This document shows positions 21,995 to 32,361 of a DNA stretch of 64,000 bases, one piece after another. Origin of the DNA: an uncultured Bacillota bacterium (GTDB lineage: Bacteria > Bacillota > Limnochordia > Limnochordales > ZCTH02-B6); NCBI GenBank assembly GCA_937975235.1, contig CALJUZ010000106.1:695-64694 (forward strand). Direction: 5' to 3'. A program made the translations under genes and the position numbers. Each line of letters starts with the position of its first letter. Position 1 is the first letter of the stretch. The notes beneath the pieces are model-generated. The model worked only from the letters and a program-made list of their open reading frames with translations. It was not told the DNA's origin and did no database searches.

Positions 21995-21996
21995 CC

Positions 21997-22428
21997 GTGT
22001 TCCTCGGCGAATTTCAGCACACGCTGGACGACAAAGGCCGCCTGACCATCCCCGCCAGGTTCCGGGAAGGGCTGGGCCAGCGGTTCATCGTCACCAGGGG
22101 ACTGGACAGCTGCCTGTTCGCGTACCCGCTGTCCGAGTGGCAAGTGCTGGAGTCGCGCCTGAAGCAGCTGCCCCTGACCAAGGCCGACGCCCGGGCGTTC
22201 GTGCGGTTTTTGTTTTCGGGCGCCGCCGAGGCGGAGCTGGACAAGCAGGGCCGGATCATGCTTCCCCAGACCCTGCGGGCCCACGCCCGGCTGGACAAAG
22301 ACGCGGTCGTCATCGGCGTCTCGAATCGTGTGGAAATTTGGGCCAAAGAAGTTTGGGACGGATACGTCCAGCAGGCCGAGGGCTCTTTCGAAGACATCGC
22401 GGAAAATCTGGAAGGGCTCGGCCTGTAG
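21997..22428 (+). CDS. mraZ: Division/cell-wall cluster repressor MraZ
   Basis: [20 protein letters not shown]...LDKQGRI...RVEIW. Confidence 0.97.
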   Translation: MFLGEFQHTLDDKGRLTIPARFREGLGQRFIVTRGLDSCLFAYPLSEWQVLESRLKQLPLTKADARAFVRFLFSGAAEAELDKQGRIMLPQTLRAHARLDKDAVVIGVSNRVEIWAKEVWDGYVQQAEGSFEDIAENLEGLGL

Positions 22429-22438
22429 GAGGAAACCG

Positions 22439-23401
22439 ATGGCAGAGTTCGAGCACGTCCCGGTCATGCTCCATGAAGTGCTGCGGCTTTTGGACCCGCA
22501 GCCCGGCCAGATTTTCGTCGACGGCACCGTGGGCGGCGGCGGCCACGCGCTCCGCATCGCCCGCGCCGTCACGCCGGGCGGGCGCCTCATCGCCATCGAC
22601 CGGGACGCGTCGGCCCTCGAACGAGCAAAATCGACATTGTCAGACTTCAGGGACGCGGTCACTTTCGTGCACGACGATTTCCGCCATTTGCGCCGCATTT
22701 TGGCGGATCTGGGCGTGAGCGGCGTGCACGGCGTGCTGCTGGACCTGGGCGTGTCGTCGTTCCAGCTGGACGAGCCTCGGCGCGGCTTCACGTACCGCTT
22801 CGACGCCCCGCTGGACATGCGCATGGACACGCGCTCCCGGGTGACGGCTGCTGATCTTGTCAATTCTCTGTCATTTGACGAGTTGACTCGCATTTTTCGA
22901 GAGTACGGCGAGGAACGCTGGGCCCGGCGCATCGCCCGCGAAATCGTGCGCCGCCGGGAGAGGGAGCCGTTCATCACCACCGGACAACTGGTGGAAGCGG
23001 TGAAAGACGCGATTCCCGCCCCGGCCCGGCGCCGGGGCCCGCACCCGGCCAAACGCACGTTTCAAGCGCTGCGCATCGCCGTCAACGACGAGCTGGCCGC
23101 CGTGCGGGAGGGGCTGGAGGCCGCGATCGACGCGCTGCTTCCCGGCGGGCGCGTCGCGGTCATCAGTTTTCATTCGCTGGAGGATCGCATCGTCAAGCAG
23201 ACGTTCGCCCGGCTGTCGCAAGGATGCCAATGCCCGCCCGACGTGCCCGTCTGCCGGTGCGGCAAAAAGCCCTTGCTGCGCATCCTGACCCGCAAGGCCG
23301 TGGTGCCGGGGGCCGCGGAGCTGGAGAAAAATCCACGGGCGCGCAGCGCCCGGCTCCGGGTCGCCGAGCGCACCGGTCTAGGCCGCGAGGGAGGAGAATA
23401 A
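22439..23401 (+). CDS. rsmH: 16S rRNA m4C1402 methyltransferase RsmH
   Basis: HVPVM, DGTVGGGGH, DLGVSSFQLD, SFHSLEDRIVK, NPRARSARLR. Confidence 0.97.
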   Translation: MAEFEHVPVMLHEVLRLLDPQPGQIFVDGTVGGGGHALRIARAVTPGGRLIAIDRDASALERAKSTLSDFRDAVTFVHDDFRHLRRILADLGVSGVHGVLLDLGVSSFQLDEPRRGFTYRFDAPLDMRMDTRSRVTAADLVNSLSFDELTRIFREYGEERWARRIAREIVRRREREPFITTGQLVEAVKDAIPAPARRRGPHPAKRTFQALRIAVNDELAAVREGLEAAIDALLPGGRVAVISFHSLEDRIVKQTFARLSQGCQCPPDVPVCRCGKKPLLRILTRKAVVPGAAELEKNPRARSARLRVAERTGLGREGGE

Positions 23402-23403
23402 CC

Positions 23404-23892
23404 TTGGTACCGGCTCTGAAATCCGACGTTTACGAAATGCCGCCGCTGAAGCCCCGGCCCGAAACCGTCACCGTGCGGGTGCGGCGGCCTTCCGTCAGCC
23501 CCTTTGTCGTGGTGCCGCTGGTGGGCCTGCTGCTGCTGGCCGCCGGCGCGGGATTCGTCGCGCTGCGGGTGCAGGTGATGGCCCTCGGCTACGAGCTGGC
23601 GGACGCCAAGCAGGAGCTGGCGCGGGTGCAGCAGGAGCACACCCGCCTGGCGGTGGCGGTGGCCCAAAGCCGCTCGCTGGAACGGGTGGAGCAGCTGGCC
23701 CGCACCCGCCTGGGGATGGTGGAGCCGGAGCCTGCCGCGGTGGTCGTCGTCGCATCCCCGGACGGGTGGACGGCGCCGCCGGCCGGCGGCGCCGCGGTGG
23801 CCGCCGCGTCGCCGCTGGCCGCCTTCGGCGAATGGCTGCACGCGCGCATCAGCAGCACCGCGGAAGCCGGCGGGAGGGACCCGGGGCGCTGA
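23404..23892 (+). CDS. ftsL: Cell division protein FtsL-like
   Basis: Single TM then coiled coil, 'SLERVEQLARTRLGMVEP'; canonical position after rsmH. Confidence 0.8.
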   Translation: MVPALKSDVYEMPPLKPRPETVTVRVRRPSVSPFVVVPLVGLLLLAAGAGFVALRVQVMALGYELADAKQELARVQQEHTRLAVAVAQSRSLERVEQLARTRLGMVEPEPAAVVVVASPDGWTAPPAGGAAVAAASPLAAFGEWLHARISSTAEAGGRDPGR

Positions 23893-23964
23893 CGGCCCGC
23901 AGCCGGGCCGGCTTTTCACCGGGCCGGCGGACGCGGGCTTCGGCGGCGCGGAGGAGGGAATCCT

Positions 23965-26076
23965 TTGGCCGGGCGCAGCCGGCTGCCCCACGCTTCGGTC
24001 CGGGCCCGCATCGCGGTGTTGTTCCTCCTGGCTGCGGCCGCCGCGGCGGGACTGGCCGGGCGGCTGGCTTATGTGCAGATCTTGCGGCACCATCACTTCT
24101 CGTCGCTGGCTATGGAGCAGCGGCTGCGGGGCGTCCCCGCGGACCCGCTGCGCGGCCCGATTTTTGACCGGAATATGAACGAGCTGGCCGTCAGCGTCAG
24201 CTCGGATGCGGTGTACGTGCGGCCGGCGGAAATCCCCGACGCGCGGGAGACCGCGGCGATTCTGGCCGCCATGCTGAGCCTGGACTACGACGACGTGCTG
24301 GAGCGGCTGCGCAGACCCCAGGCGGAGGTGTGGATCAAGCGCCGGGCCAGCGCGGACGAAGCCCGGGCCGTGCTGGAAGCGGGCTTGCCCGGCGTGTACC
24401 TGGCCCAGCGCACCGCCCGTCTGTATCCGTTCGACGGCCTGGCCGCCCACGTCTTGGGCATCGTGGGCGTCGACAACCAAGGGCTTGAAGGGCTGGAGCT
24501 GTACTACGACGACGTGCTGCGGGGCACGCCGGGACGGGTCGTGTCCGAGCGGGATGCGGCGGGCCGCGTCATTCCCATCGGGCGGACCGACTACGTGCCG
24601 CCGGTGGACGGGCGGGGCCTGGTCCTGACCATCGACGCGGCCATTCAGGCGGCGGCCGAGCGCGAGCTGGCCCGCGCGTGCATCGCGACGCTGTCGGAGT
24701 ACTGCGCGACCATCTGGATGGACCCGAGAAACGGGCACATCCTGGCCATGGCGCTGTATCCCGGGTTCAACCCCAACGTCCCCGGCGACTATCCCGCGTC
24801 GGTGCGGCGCAACCGCATCGTCACCGACCAGTTCGAGCCGGGCTCGACGTTCAAGATCGTCACCGCCGCCGCGGCGCTGGAAGAAGGCGTGGTCGCGCCC
24901 GACGAACACTTTTTCGACGCCGGCTACATCGAAATCGGCGGCGGGCGCGTGCACTGCTGGCGGGGCGGCGGCCACGGCAGCCTCACCTTCGCGGAGGCGG
25001 TAGCCCACTCGTGCAACCCCGTGTTCGCCGAGCTGGGCGGCCTGCGGCTGGGACCCGAGGGGTTTTACCCGTACGTGCGGGCGTTCGGCTTCGGCCAGCG
25101 CCTGGGCATCGACTACCCGGGCGAGGCCGGGGGCATCGTGCCCGTGCCGGGCCGGCTGGCCCACGGCGAGATCTTGCAGTGGGCCAACGTGGGCTTCGGC
25201 CAGGGCATCGCGGTGAGCCCGCTGCAGCTGGTGACGGCCCTGGCGGCCATCGCCAACGGGGGCGTGCGCATGCAGCCGCAGCTGGTGCAGGGCATCTTCG
25301 ACCCGGCCACGGGCCGCGTGACGCCGGTGCGCCCGCAGCCCGTGCACCGGGTGGTCAGCGAGGCCACGGCCCGCGTGTTTCTGGAGATGCTGCGGGAAGC
25401 GGTGGAGACGGGATCGGGAGCGGCCGCGGCCATTCCCGGCTACGCGGTCGGGGGCAAGACCGGCACGGCCCAAATCGCCGAAGGCGGCGTCTACACGGAA
25501 AAGCGCATCGCCTCCTTCTCCGGCGTCGTGCCGGTGGACGATCCGCGGCTGGTGGGGCTGGTGGTCCTCTACGACCTGAAGCCGCGCCCGGCCTACGGCG
25601 GCGTGCACGCGGCGCCGGTCTGGCGGGCCATCGCCGAAACGGCCCTGGAACGGCTGGGCGTGCCGCGCGGCGACTCCGTTCCCGATGAGGCGGAAACGGC
25701 GCTGGTGCGGGTGCCCAACGTGCAAAATCTGCCCGTGGCCGAGGCCGAGGCGGTGCTGCGGGCCGCGGGCCTGGTGCCCGCCTATGACGGGTCCGGCACG
25801 TACGTGCTGGACCAGACGCCGGTGCCCGGCGCGCGGGTGCCGGCCGGCACCGCGGTGGCCCTGGACTTTTGGGAGGTGCCCGACCACTGGCGCGGGCCCG
25901 CGACGGTGCCCGACGTCCGCGGCCTGACGCTGCGGCAGGCCGCGGAAACACTGGCCGACGCGGGGCTGGTGCTGGAGATCGACGGGGAAGGCCTGGCCGT
26001 GGACCAAAACCCGCCTCCGGGCGAAACGGTCATGCGCGGCAGCCGCGTGCGGGTGCGCTTTGCGCCGCCCGGGTGA
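23965..26076 (+). CDS. spoVD: Class B PBP with two PASTA domains (SpoVD/FtsI family)
   Basis: RGPIFDRN, EPGSTFK (SxxK), SCN (SxN), KTGT; C-terminal PASTA repeats. SpoVD versus FtsI not resolved from sequence alone. Confidence 0.8.
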   Translation: MAGRSRLPHASVRARIAVLFLLAAAAAAGLAGRLAYVQILRHHHFSSLAMEQRLRGVPADPLRGPIFDRNMNELAVSVSSDAVYVRPAEIPDARETAAILAAMLSLDYDDVLERLRRPQAEVWIKRRASADEARAVLEAGLPGVYLAQRTARLYPFDGLAAHVLGIVGVDNQGLEGLELYYDDVLRGTPGRVVSERDAAGRVIPIGRTDYVPPVDGRGLVLTIDAAIQAAAERELARACIATLSEYCATIWMDPRNGHILAMALYPGFNPNVPGDYPASVRRNRIVTDQFEPGSTFKIVTAAAALEEGVVAPDEHFFDAGYIEIGGGRVHCWRGGGHGSLTFAEAVAHSCNPVFAELGGLRLGPEGFYPYVRAFGFGQRLGIDYPGEAGGIVPVPGRLAHGEILQWANVGFGQGIAVSPLQLVTALAAIANGGVRMQPQLVQGIFDPATGRVTPVRPQPVHRVVSEATARVFLEMLREAVETGSGAAAAIPGYAVGGKTGTAQIAEGGVYTEKRIASFSGVVPVDDPRLVGLVVLYDLKPRPAYGGVHAAPVWRAIAETALERLGVPRGDSVPDEAETALVRVPNVQNLPVAEAEAVLRAAGLVPAYDGSGTYVLDQTPVPGARVPAGTAVALDFWEVPDHWRGPATVPDVRGLTLRQAAETLADAGLVLEIDGEGLAVDQNPPPGETVMRGSRVRVRFAPPG

Positions 26077-26148
26077 AAATAAAGGCGATCGCGGCAGGAA
26101 ACGCTGAGGACGGTGCCGTATTCGCGGAGGAGCGCACGGGAGGTTTCC

Positions 26149-27648
26149 ATGGATTTACACGAGTTGCTGCAGCACTTGCCTCGTTTTGAAATCGTGCGGC
26201 CGGCGGCCGCCGGGCCCGTAGCCGGGCTGGCGTACGACTCGCGCGAAGTGCAGCCCGGGGACGTCTTCGTCTGCTGGAAAGGGCTGCGGCACGACGGTCA
26301 CGACTACGTCGCGGAGGCGTACCGCCGCGGCGCCGTGGCCGCGGTGGCCGAGCGGCCCGTACCCGGCGAGGGCGGCCTTGTGGTCGTGCCCGACGGCCGC
26401 GAGGCGCTGGCCCTGTTGTCCGCGGCGTTTTACGGCTTCCCGTCCCGCCGCCTGCGCCTCATCGGCGTCACCGGCACCAACGGCAAGACGACGACGACGC
26501 ATCTCATTAAAGCCGTTCTGGAACAGGCCGGGCACAAAGTGGGCCTCATCGGTACCATCCACCACCTGATCGGCAACGAGGTGCTCCAGCCGCACCGCAC
26601 CACGCCGGAATCGCTGGATTTGCAGCGGCTGCTTTTTCAGATGGCCGAGCGCGGCATGGAGTACGCGGTGATGGAGGTGTCGTCCCACGCGGTGGTCCTT
26701 AAGCGCACGCTGGGCGCCGAGTTCGACGTGGGCGTCTTTACGAACTTGTCCCTGGACCACCTGGATTTCCACGGCAGCCTGGACAACTACGCCGAGGCCA
26801 AGGCCCGCTTCTTCGAGGCGCTGGGCGCGGACGCGACCAAGCCCAACAAGGCCGCGATCATCAACATGGACGACGCGCGGGCGCCCCTCATGCGCGACCG
26901 CTCGCGGGTGCCGGTCATCGGCTACGGCATCGACACCGAGACCGACTGGACCGCCCGCAGCGTGCAGGTGCGCCCCGAAGGCGTCTCCTACGAAGCGAAG
27001 ACGCCCGCGGGCGTGCTGTCGCTGCGGCTGCAGCTGACGGGCCGCTTCAACGTGTACAACTCCCTGGCCGCGGCCGCGGTGGGCCGGCACGAGGGCGTGC
27101 CGCTGCCCTTCATCCGCACCGCGTTGGAGCAGGTGCCGGGCATCCCGGGCCGGCTGGAACGCATCGACCGGGGCCAGCCCTTTACGGTGCTGGTGGACTA
27201 CGCCCACTCGCCGGACAGCCTGGAGAACGTGCTCAATACGTGCCGCTCCTTCGCCGCGGGCCGTGTCATCGTCGTCTTCGGCGCCGGAGGCGATCGGGAC
27301 AAGGAAAAGCGCCCGTTTATGGGCGAAGTCGCCGCGCGCCTCGCGGATGTGGTCATCATTACTTCGGACAACCCCCGCAGCGAACGGCCCGAGGACATCG
27401 CCCGGCAGATCGAGGCGGGCGTGCTGCGGGCCGGCCAGCGGCCGGGCGGCTACGAGATCGTCATCGAGCGGCGGGACGCCATCCGCCGCGCCATCGAGGC
27501 GGCGCGCCCGGGGGACATCGTCCTCATCGCCGGCAAGGGCCACGAAACGACACAGGAGTTTCACGACCGCACCATTCACTTCGACGACCGGGAAGAGGCC
27601 GCTCGCGCACTGAAGGAGCGGTTCGGCGATGGATCCGCGGACGCTTGA
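26149..27648 (+). CDS. murE: UDP-MurNAc-dipeptide:DAP ligase MurE
   Basis: GVTGTNGKTT, MEVSSH, DYAHSPD, DNPR (DAP-type), AGKGHE. Confidence 0.96.
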   Translation: MDLHELLQHLPRFEIVRPAAAGPVAGLAYDSREVQPGDVFVCWKGLRHDGHDYVAEAYRRGAVAAVAERPVPGEGGLVVVPDGREALALLSAAFYGFPSRRLRLIGVTGTNGKTTTTHLIKAVLEQAGHKVGLIGTIHHLIGNEVLQPHRTTPESLDLQRLLFQMAERGMEYAVMEVSSHAVVLKRTLGAEFDVGVFTNLSLDHLDFHGSLDNYAEAKARFFEALGADATKPNKAAIINMDDARAPLMRDRSRVPVIGYGIDTETDWTARSVQVRPEGVSYEAKTPAGVLSLRLQLTGRFNVYNSLAAAAVGRHEGVPLPFIRTALEQVPGIPGRLERIDRGQPFTVLVDYAHSPDSLENVLNTCRSFAAGRVIVVFGAGGDRDKEKRPFMGEVAARLADVVIITSDNPRSERPEDIARQIEAGVLRAGQRPGGYEIVIERRDAIRRAIEAARPGDIVLIAGKGHETTQEFHDRTIHFDDREEAARALKERFGDGSADA

Positions 27649-29062
27649 GCAGCTGGCCCAAGACGCGGCGGGCGTGCTGGCGCAGGGCCATCCGCACACG
27701 GTCATTCGCAGCGTTTCCACCGACAGCCGGACCATCGGACCGGACCAGCTGTTCATTCCGCTGGCGGGCCGGCGGTTCGACGGGCACGCCTTTCTTCCGG
27801 ACGCGGCCGCCCGGGGCGCCGCCGCGGCCTTGGTGCGGCGCGGCGCCGTCCCGCAGGAGGCGTGGCCGAAGGGCATGGGCGTCATCGTCGTCGATGACAC
27901 CCTGGCCGCGCTGCAGCGGCTGGCCGCGGCCCAAAGGAGCCGGCTGCAGGGCACCGTGACCGCGGTGACGGGGAGCGTCGGCAAGACGACGACCAAGGAC
28001 ATGCTGGCCGCCATCGGGCGGGTGCGGGCCCGGCTCGTCGCGACGAAGGGCAACTTCAACAACGAGATCGGCTTGCCGCTGACCGTGCTGGAAGCCGACG
28101 AAACGACGGAACTGCTGGTTCTGGAGATGGGCATGCGCGGCGCCGGAGAAATCCGCGCCCTCGCGCGCCTCGCCCGTCCCCACGCGGGGATCGTCACCAA
28201 CGTGGGCCCGGTGCACGTGGAACGGCTGGGCGGGCTGGAGGGCATCGCCGCGGCCAAGCGGGAACTGGTGGAGGAGCTGCCCGCGGACGGCGTCGCGGTG
28301 CTGAACGGCGACGACCCGCCGGTGCGGGGCATGGCGGACGGCGCGCCTTGCCGGGCCGTCTTCTTCGGGCTCTCCAAGGACAATGACGTGCGGGCCGCGG
28401 CGGTGGAAAGCTTCGGAGAGCGGGGCAGCCGCTTCGTTCTGCAATACGGCGGGCGAGAGCGGGCGGTGGCGCTGCCCGTGCCCGGGCGGCACCACGTCAT
28501 GAACGCGCTGGCGGCCGCGGCCGCGGCGCTGGCGATAGGATTCGACCTGGACGACGTGGTGCGCGGCCTGGCCGCGGCCCACGAGCAGCGCAGCGCGATG
28601 CGCACCGACGTGACGCTGACCGAAGGCGGGGTCCGGGTCGTCAACGACGCCTACAACGCGGGCCCCGCCTCCATGGCCGCCGCCCTGCAGCTGCTGAGCG
28701 AGCTTCAGGCGGACCGCCGGGTGGCCGTGCTGGGGGACATGCTGGAGCTCGGTCCCTTGGCCGAGCAGGCCCACGCCGAGGTGGGGAAGGAGGCGGCCCG
28801 GCTGGGCGTGGACGTGCTCATCGCGGTAGGCCGCTGGGGTCCGGTCATGGCCCGGTCCGCCGCGGCCGCGGGATTGCGGGATGAAAACGTCCACGTCTGC
28901 CGGGACGCGGCCGAGGCCGCGGCGCTGGCCCGCCGGCTGGTGCGGCCCGGCGACGCGGTGCTGGTCAAAGCGTCCCGGGGCGTGATGCTGGAGCAGGTCG
29001 CGGAGCGGCTGCTCCAAAGCTCCAGGGAAGTTCGTCACGGAGGGGGGGAGCCCGAGGGATGA
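27629..29062 (+). CDS. murF: MurF ligase
   Basis: VTGSVGKTTTK, NNEIGLP, DAYNAGP, LGDMLELG, VKASRG. Confidence 0.96.
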   Translation: MDPRTLEQLAQDAAGVLAQGHPHTVIRSVSTDSRTIGPDQLFIPLAGRRFDGHAFLPDAAARGAAAALVRRGAVPQEAWPKGMGVIVVDDTLAALQRLAAAQRSRLQGTVTAVTGSVGKTTTKDMLAAIGRVRARLVATKGNFNNEIGLPLTVLEADETTELLVLEMGMRGAGEIRALARLARPHAGIVTNVGPVHVERLGGLEGIAAAKRELVEELPADGVAVLNGDDPPVRGMADGAPCRAVFFGLSKDNDVRAAAVESFGERGSRFVLQYGGRERAVALPVPGRHHVMNALAAAAAALAIGFDLDDVVRGLAAAHEQRSAMRTDVTLTEGGVRVVNDAYNAGPASMAAALQLLSELQADRRVAVLGDMLELGPLAEQAHAEVGKEAARLGVDVLIAVGRWGPVMARSAAAAGLRDENVHVCRDAAEAAALARRLVRPGDAVLVKASRGVMLEQVAERLLQSSREVRHGGGEPEG

Positions 29063-30009
29063 CCGTCGTCATTTATCCGGCCGCACTGGCGTTTCTTGTC
29101 GCTGCGGTGCTGGGCCGCCCGCTGGTCGCTTGGCTGCGGCGCCTGAAGCTGGGCCAGGTGGTGCGCGCGGACGGACCCCGGACGCACTTGAAAAAGTCGG
29201 GCGTGCCTACCATGGGCGGCGTGCTCATCGTGGCCGCGGCGCTGGCGGGCACCGTGGCCTTCGTCGCGGACCTGAAAAGCGCGTGGCCGCTGCTGCTGGC
29301 GCTGCTGGGCTACAGTTTCATCGGCTTGTTCGACGACTTGTCCAAGCTGGTGGCCAACCGGTCTCTCGGGCTGAAGGCCCGCCATAAACTGATTTTGCAG
29401 GCCGCGGTGGCGCTGATCGTGGCCTTCGCGGCGCTGGGCCGCGTGGGCTCCGAGCTGCTGGTGCCTTTCTCCGGGTCCACGCTGGCGTTGCCGCCGTGGC
29501 TGTACCTGGGGCTGGCGGTGCTCACCATGGTGGCCGCCAGCAACGCCGTCAACCTGACCGACGGCGCCGACGGGCTGGCCGCGGGCGCGACCGCGGTCGC
29601 GTCGCTGACCATGGCCGCGGTGGCCGCCCTGCTGGGACACCCGGACGTGGCGGTGTTTTCCGCGGCCGTGGGCGGCGCGTGTTTGGGCTTTACGTGGTTC
29701 AACGCCCACCCCGCGGCGGTCATCATGGGCGATACGGGAAGTCTGGCTTTGGGCGGGGCGCTGGCGGCCACGGCGCTGTTTACCCGCGCGCCCCTGCTGC
29801 TGGTCATCGTGGGCGGCCTGTACGTCATCATCACCTTGTCCGTCATCCTGCAGGTGGCGTATTTCCGCCTGACCGGCGGACGGCGCTTGTTCAGGATGAG
29901 TCCGCTTCATCACCATTTCGAGCTCAGCGGGTGGTCCGAGCCGCAGGTCGTGACCCGGTTTTGGCTGCTGGCTCTGATGTTTTCCGCGCTGGGCCTGCTG
30001 GCGCTTTGA
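29059..30009 (+). CDS. mraY: Phospho-MurNAc-pentapeptide transferase MraY
   Basis: PTMGG, IGLFDD, NLTDGADGL, MGDTGSLALG, PLHHHFE. Confidence 0.97.
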   Translation: MTVVIYPAALAFLVAAVLGRPLVAWLRRLKLGQVVRADGPRTHLKKSGVPTMGGVLIVAAALAGTVAFVADLKSAWPLLLALLGYSFIGLFDDLSKLVANRSLGLKARHKLILQAAVALIVAFAALGRVGSELLVPFSGSTLALPPWLYLGLAVLTMVAASNAVNLTDGADGLAAGATAVASLTMAAVAALLGHPDVAVFSAAVGGACLGFTWFNAHPAAVIMGDTGSLALGGALAATALFTRAPLLLVIVGGLYVIITLSVILQVAYFRLTGGRRLFRMSPLHHHFELSGWSEPQVVTRFWLLALMFSALGLLAL

Positions 30010-30032
30010 GCGCCGGAGCGGAGGTGGGCGGC

Positions 30033-31130
30033 ATGAGATCCCGGGCGGGGCGTCCGGACGTGCTCATCGTCGCGACGGTATCAGCCCTTTTGGTGCTGGG
30101 CATCGTCGTCGTCATGAGCGCCGCGTCCGTCACCGATTTTATCGAGTACGGCGACCCGTACTACCACTTCAAGCGCCAGGTGGTGTGGGCCGTGGTGGGC
30201 GTGGCGGTCATGCTCGTATTGGCGCGCGTCGACTACCGCTTCCTGCGCCTCGTCACCGCGCCCGTGCTGGCCGCGGCCTTCCTGCTGCTGACGATGGTGC
30301 TGTTTTTCGGCACCCAGGTGGGCGGAGCCCGGCGCTGGCTGTCCCTGGGATTTTTCAACGTACAGCCTTCCGAAATTATGAAGCTAGCGCTTATTATGTA
30401 TTTGTCGGCCTACATCGCGGCCAAGCGCGGCCAGGTGCGGCGATTTTTCACGGGGCTGCTGCCGCCGCTGCTGGTGACCGGCCTGGCCGCGGGCTTGATT
30501 TTGCTGGAGCCTGATTTCGGCACCGCCTTTACGCTGCTGGTGACCGGGGCCCTGGTGCTGTTCGCCGGCGGCGCCAACCTATGGCACCTGGCGGGCGTGG
30601 GCCTGGCCGCAGCGCCCGTCGCGTGGTACCTCATCCGGTCGGAGCCGTACCGGCTGCGCCGCCTGATGGCCTTTTGGGACCCGTGGGCGGACCGGATGGA
30701 CTCGGGCTGGAACGTGGTGCAGTCGCTGCTGGCCATCGGCTCCGGCGGCTTGTTCGGCCTGGGGCTGGGTGAAGGACGGCAGAAGTACCTGTACGTGCCG
30801 GAGCAGCATACCGACTTCATCTTCGCGATCCTCGGCGAGGAGCTGGGCTTCGTCGGCACGACCGCGGTGCTGGTGCTGTTTTCCGTGTTCGCCTGGCGGG
30901 GCTTTCGCGCCGCGCTGCGGGCGCCGGACCTGTACGGCTGCATGATGGCGGTGGGCATCACCGGCATGATCGTCTTCCAGGCGCTGCTCAACATCGGCGT
31001 GGCCACCGGCTCGCTGCCGACGACGGGCATCACGCTGCCGTTCATCAGCGTGGGCGGCTCGTCGCTGGTGGTGACGCTGGCCGGCGTGGGCATTTTGCTC
31101 AACATCTCCAGCCACGAAACGAGGGCGTGA
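30033..31130 (+). CDS. ftsW: SEDS family glycosyltransferase FtsW/SpoVE
   Basis: GARRWL, QPSEIMK, EPDFGT, EQHTDFIFAILGEELG, LPFISVGGSS. Confidence 0.92.
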   Translation: MRSRAGRPDVLIVATVSALLVLGIVVVMSAASVTDFIEYGDPYYHFKRQVVWAVVGVAVMLVLARVDYRFLRLVTAPVLAAAFLLLTMVLFFGTQVGGARRWLSLGFFNVQPSEIMKLALIMYLSAYIAAKRGQVRRFFTGLLPPLLVTGLAAGLILLEPDFGTAFTLLVTGALVLFAGGANLWHLAGVGLAAAPVAWYLIRSEPYRLRRLMAFWDPWADRMDSGWNVVQSLLAIGSGGLFGLGLGEGRQKYLYVPEQHTDFIFAILGEELGFVGTTAVLVLFSVFAWRGFRAALRAPDLYGCMMAVGITGMIVFQALLNIGVATGSLPTTGITLPFISVGGSSLVVTLAGVGILLNISSHETRA

Positions 31131-31131
31131 C

Positions 31132-32259
31132 ATGAAGGTGCTGCTGGCCGCCGGCGGCACGGGCGGCCACATCTACCCGGGCATTACCATTGCGCAGACG
31201 CTGCTGGAGCGGATTCCGGACGCGGAAATTTTGTTCGTCGGCGCGAAAGGAGGCCTGGAGGCCGAACTGGTTCCCCGGGCGGGCTTCGCCTTCGAGGCCA
31301 TTCCGGCCCGCTATCTGCGCCGGCGCCTCTCGGCGGAGGCGCTGCTCACCGCGTGGACCGCGTGGCGGGGCTTCCGCGAGGCGTGGCGCATCGTCGGGCG
31401 CTTCAGGCCCGACGTGGCCGTCGGCACGGGCGGCTACGTGTCGGGTCCAGTGGTCTTGGCGGCCGCCTTGCGCCGGGTCCCGACGGTCATCCAGGAGCAG
31501 AACGCGTATCCGGGGCTGACCAGTCGCCTCTTGGCCAAGGCGGCCCGCCGCATCGCCCTGGGATCGGAGGCGGCCGCGCGGTACTTTCCGCGCACCGGCA
31601 AAGTGGTCGTGACGGGCAATCCTATACGGCGCGACATCCTGGTCCGCACCCGCGCCGAGGCCATCGCGTCCCTGGGACTGGATGCGGCGCGGAAAACGGT
31701 GCTGGTCTTCGGCGGCAGCCAAGGGGGGCGCTCCATCAACAACGCCGTCGTGGAGGCCGCGCCCGCGCTGCTGGCACGCGGAGACGTGCAAATCGTGCAC
31801 CAGACCGGCAAGATCCACTTCGCCGACGTGGCGGCCCGGGCCGGCGCCGCGCCGCGCCCGGCGGGGGACGGCGCGTCCGCAGGCCATTGGCACATCGTGC
31901 CGTTCATCCACGACATGCCGGCCGCGTACGCGGCGGCCGATCTGGTGGTATGCCGGGCCGGCGCGATTACGCTGGCCGAGATTGCGGCCCGCGGGCTGCC
32001 GGCCGTGCTGGTGCCGTATCCGTTTGCGGCCGAGCGCCATCAGGACGCCAACGCCGCGGAACTGGCGCGGGCGGGGGCCGCGGTGGTGGTGCCCGACGCC
32101 GAGCTGACCGGTCCGGCGCTGGCCCAAACGGTGTCCGGCCTTTTGGACGACGAGGAGCGCCGCACGCGCATGGCGGCCGCGGCCCGCCGGCTGGGCCGGC
32201 CCGACGCGGCGGGGCGCATCGCGGAGCTGGTGCTCGCGGCCGCGGGCCGCGGCCGATGA
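31132..32259 (+). CDS. murG: MurG glycosyltransferase
   Basis: GGTGGHIYP, GTGGYVS, GGSQG, HQDANA. Confidence 0.97.
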   Translation: MKVLLAAGGTGGHIYPGITIAQTLLERIPDAEILFVGAKGGLEAELVPRAGFAFEAIPARYLRRRLSAEALLTAWTAWRGFREAWRIVGRFRPDVAVGTGGYVSGPVVLAAALRRVPTVIQEQNAYPGLTSRLLAKAARRIALGSEAAARYFPRTGKVVVTGNPIRRDILVRTRAEAIASLGLDAARKTVLVFGGSQGGRSINNAVVEAAPALLARGDVQIVHQTGKIHFADVAARAGAAPRPAGDGASAGHWHIVPFIHDMPAAYAAADLVVCRAGAITLAEIAARGLPAVLVPYPFAAERHQDANAAELARAGAAVVVPDAELTGPALAQTVSGLLDDEERRTRMAAAARRLGRPDAAGRIAELVLAAAGRGR

Positions 32260-32275
32260 CGGCCAAGGGCGGCAA

Positions 32276-32304
32276 GAACAGGGGTTTTCCGGCATGCATA
32301 GAAT
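32276..32304 (+). promoter_or_regulatory. Internal dcw promoter before murC (sigmaE- or sigmaH-like)
   Basis: GAACA-N16-CATAGAAT fits sigmaE; AGGG-N17-GAAT fits sigmaH. Confidence 0.5.
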
Positions 32305-32361
32305 GTATAGCCGTGCGCCGTACTCCTGCACGTCGCCCTCGACGGGGAAGGGGACGAAGCC

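Noticed and set aside
26087-26125. ECF- or sigmaH-like promoter before murE (GGAAAC...CGTAT)
   Set aside because: Spacing fits neither consensus (14 nt for ECF; 18 nt with GTAT for sigmaH).
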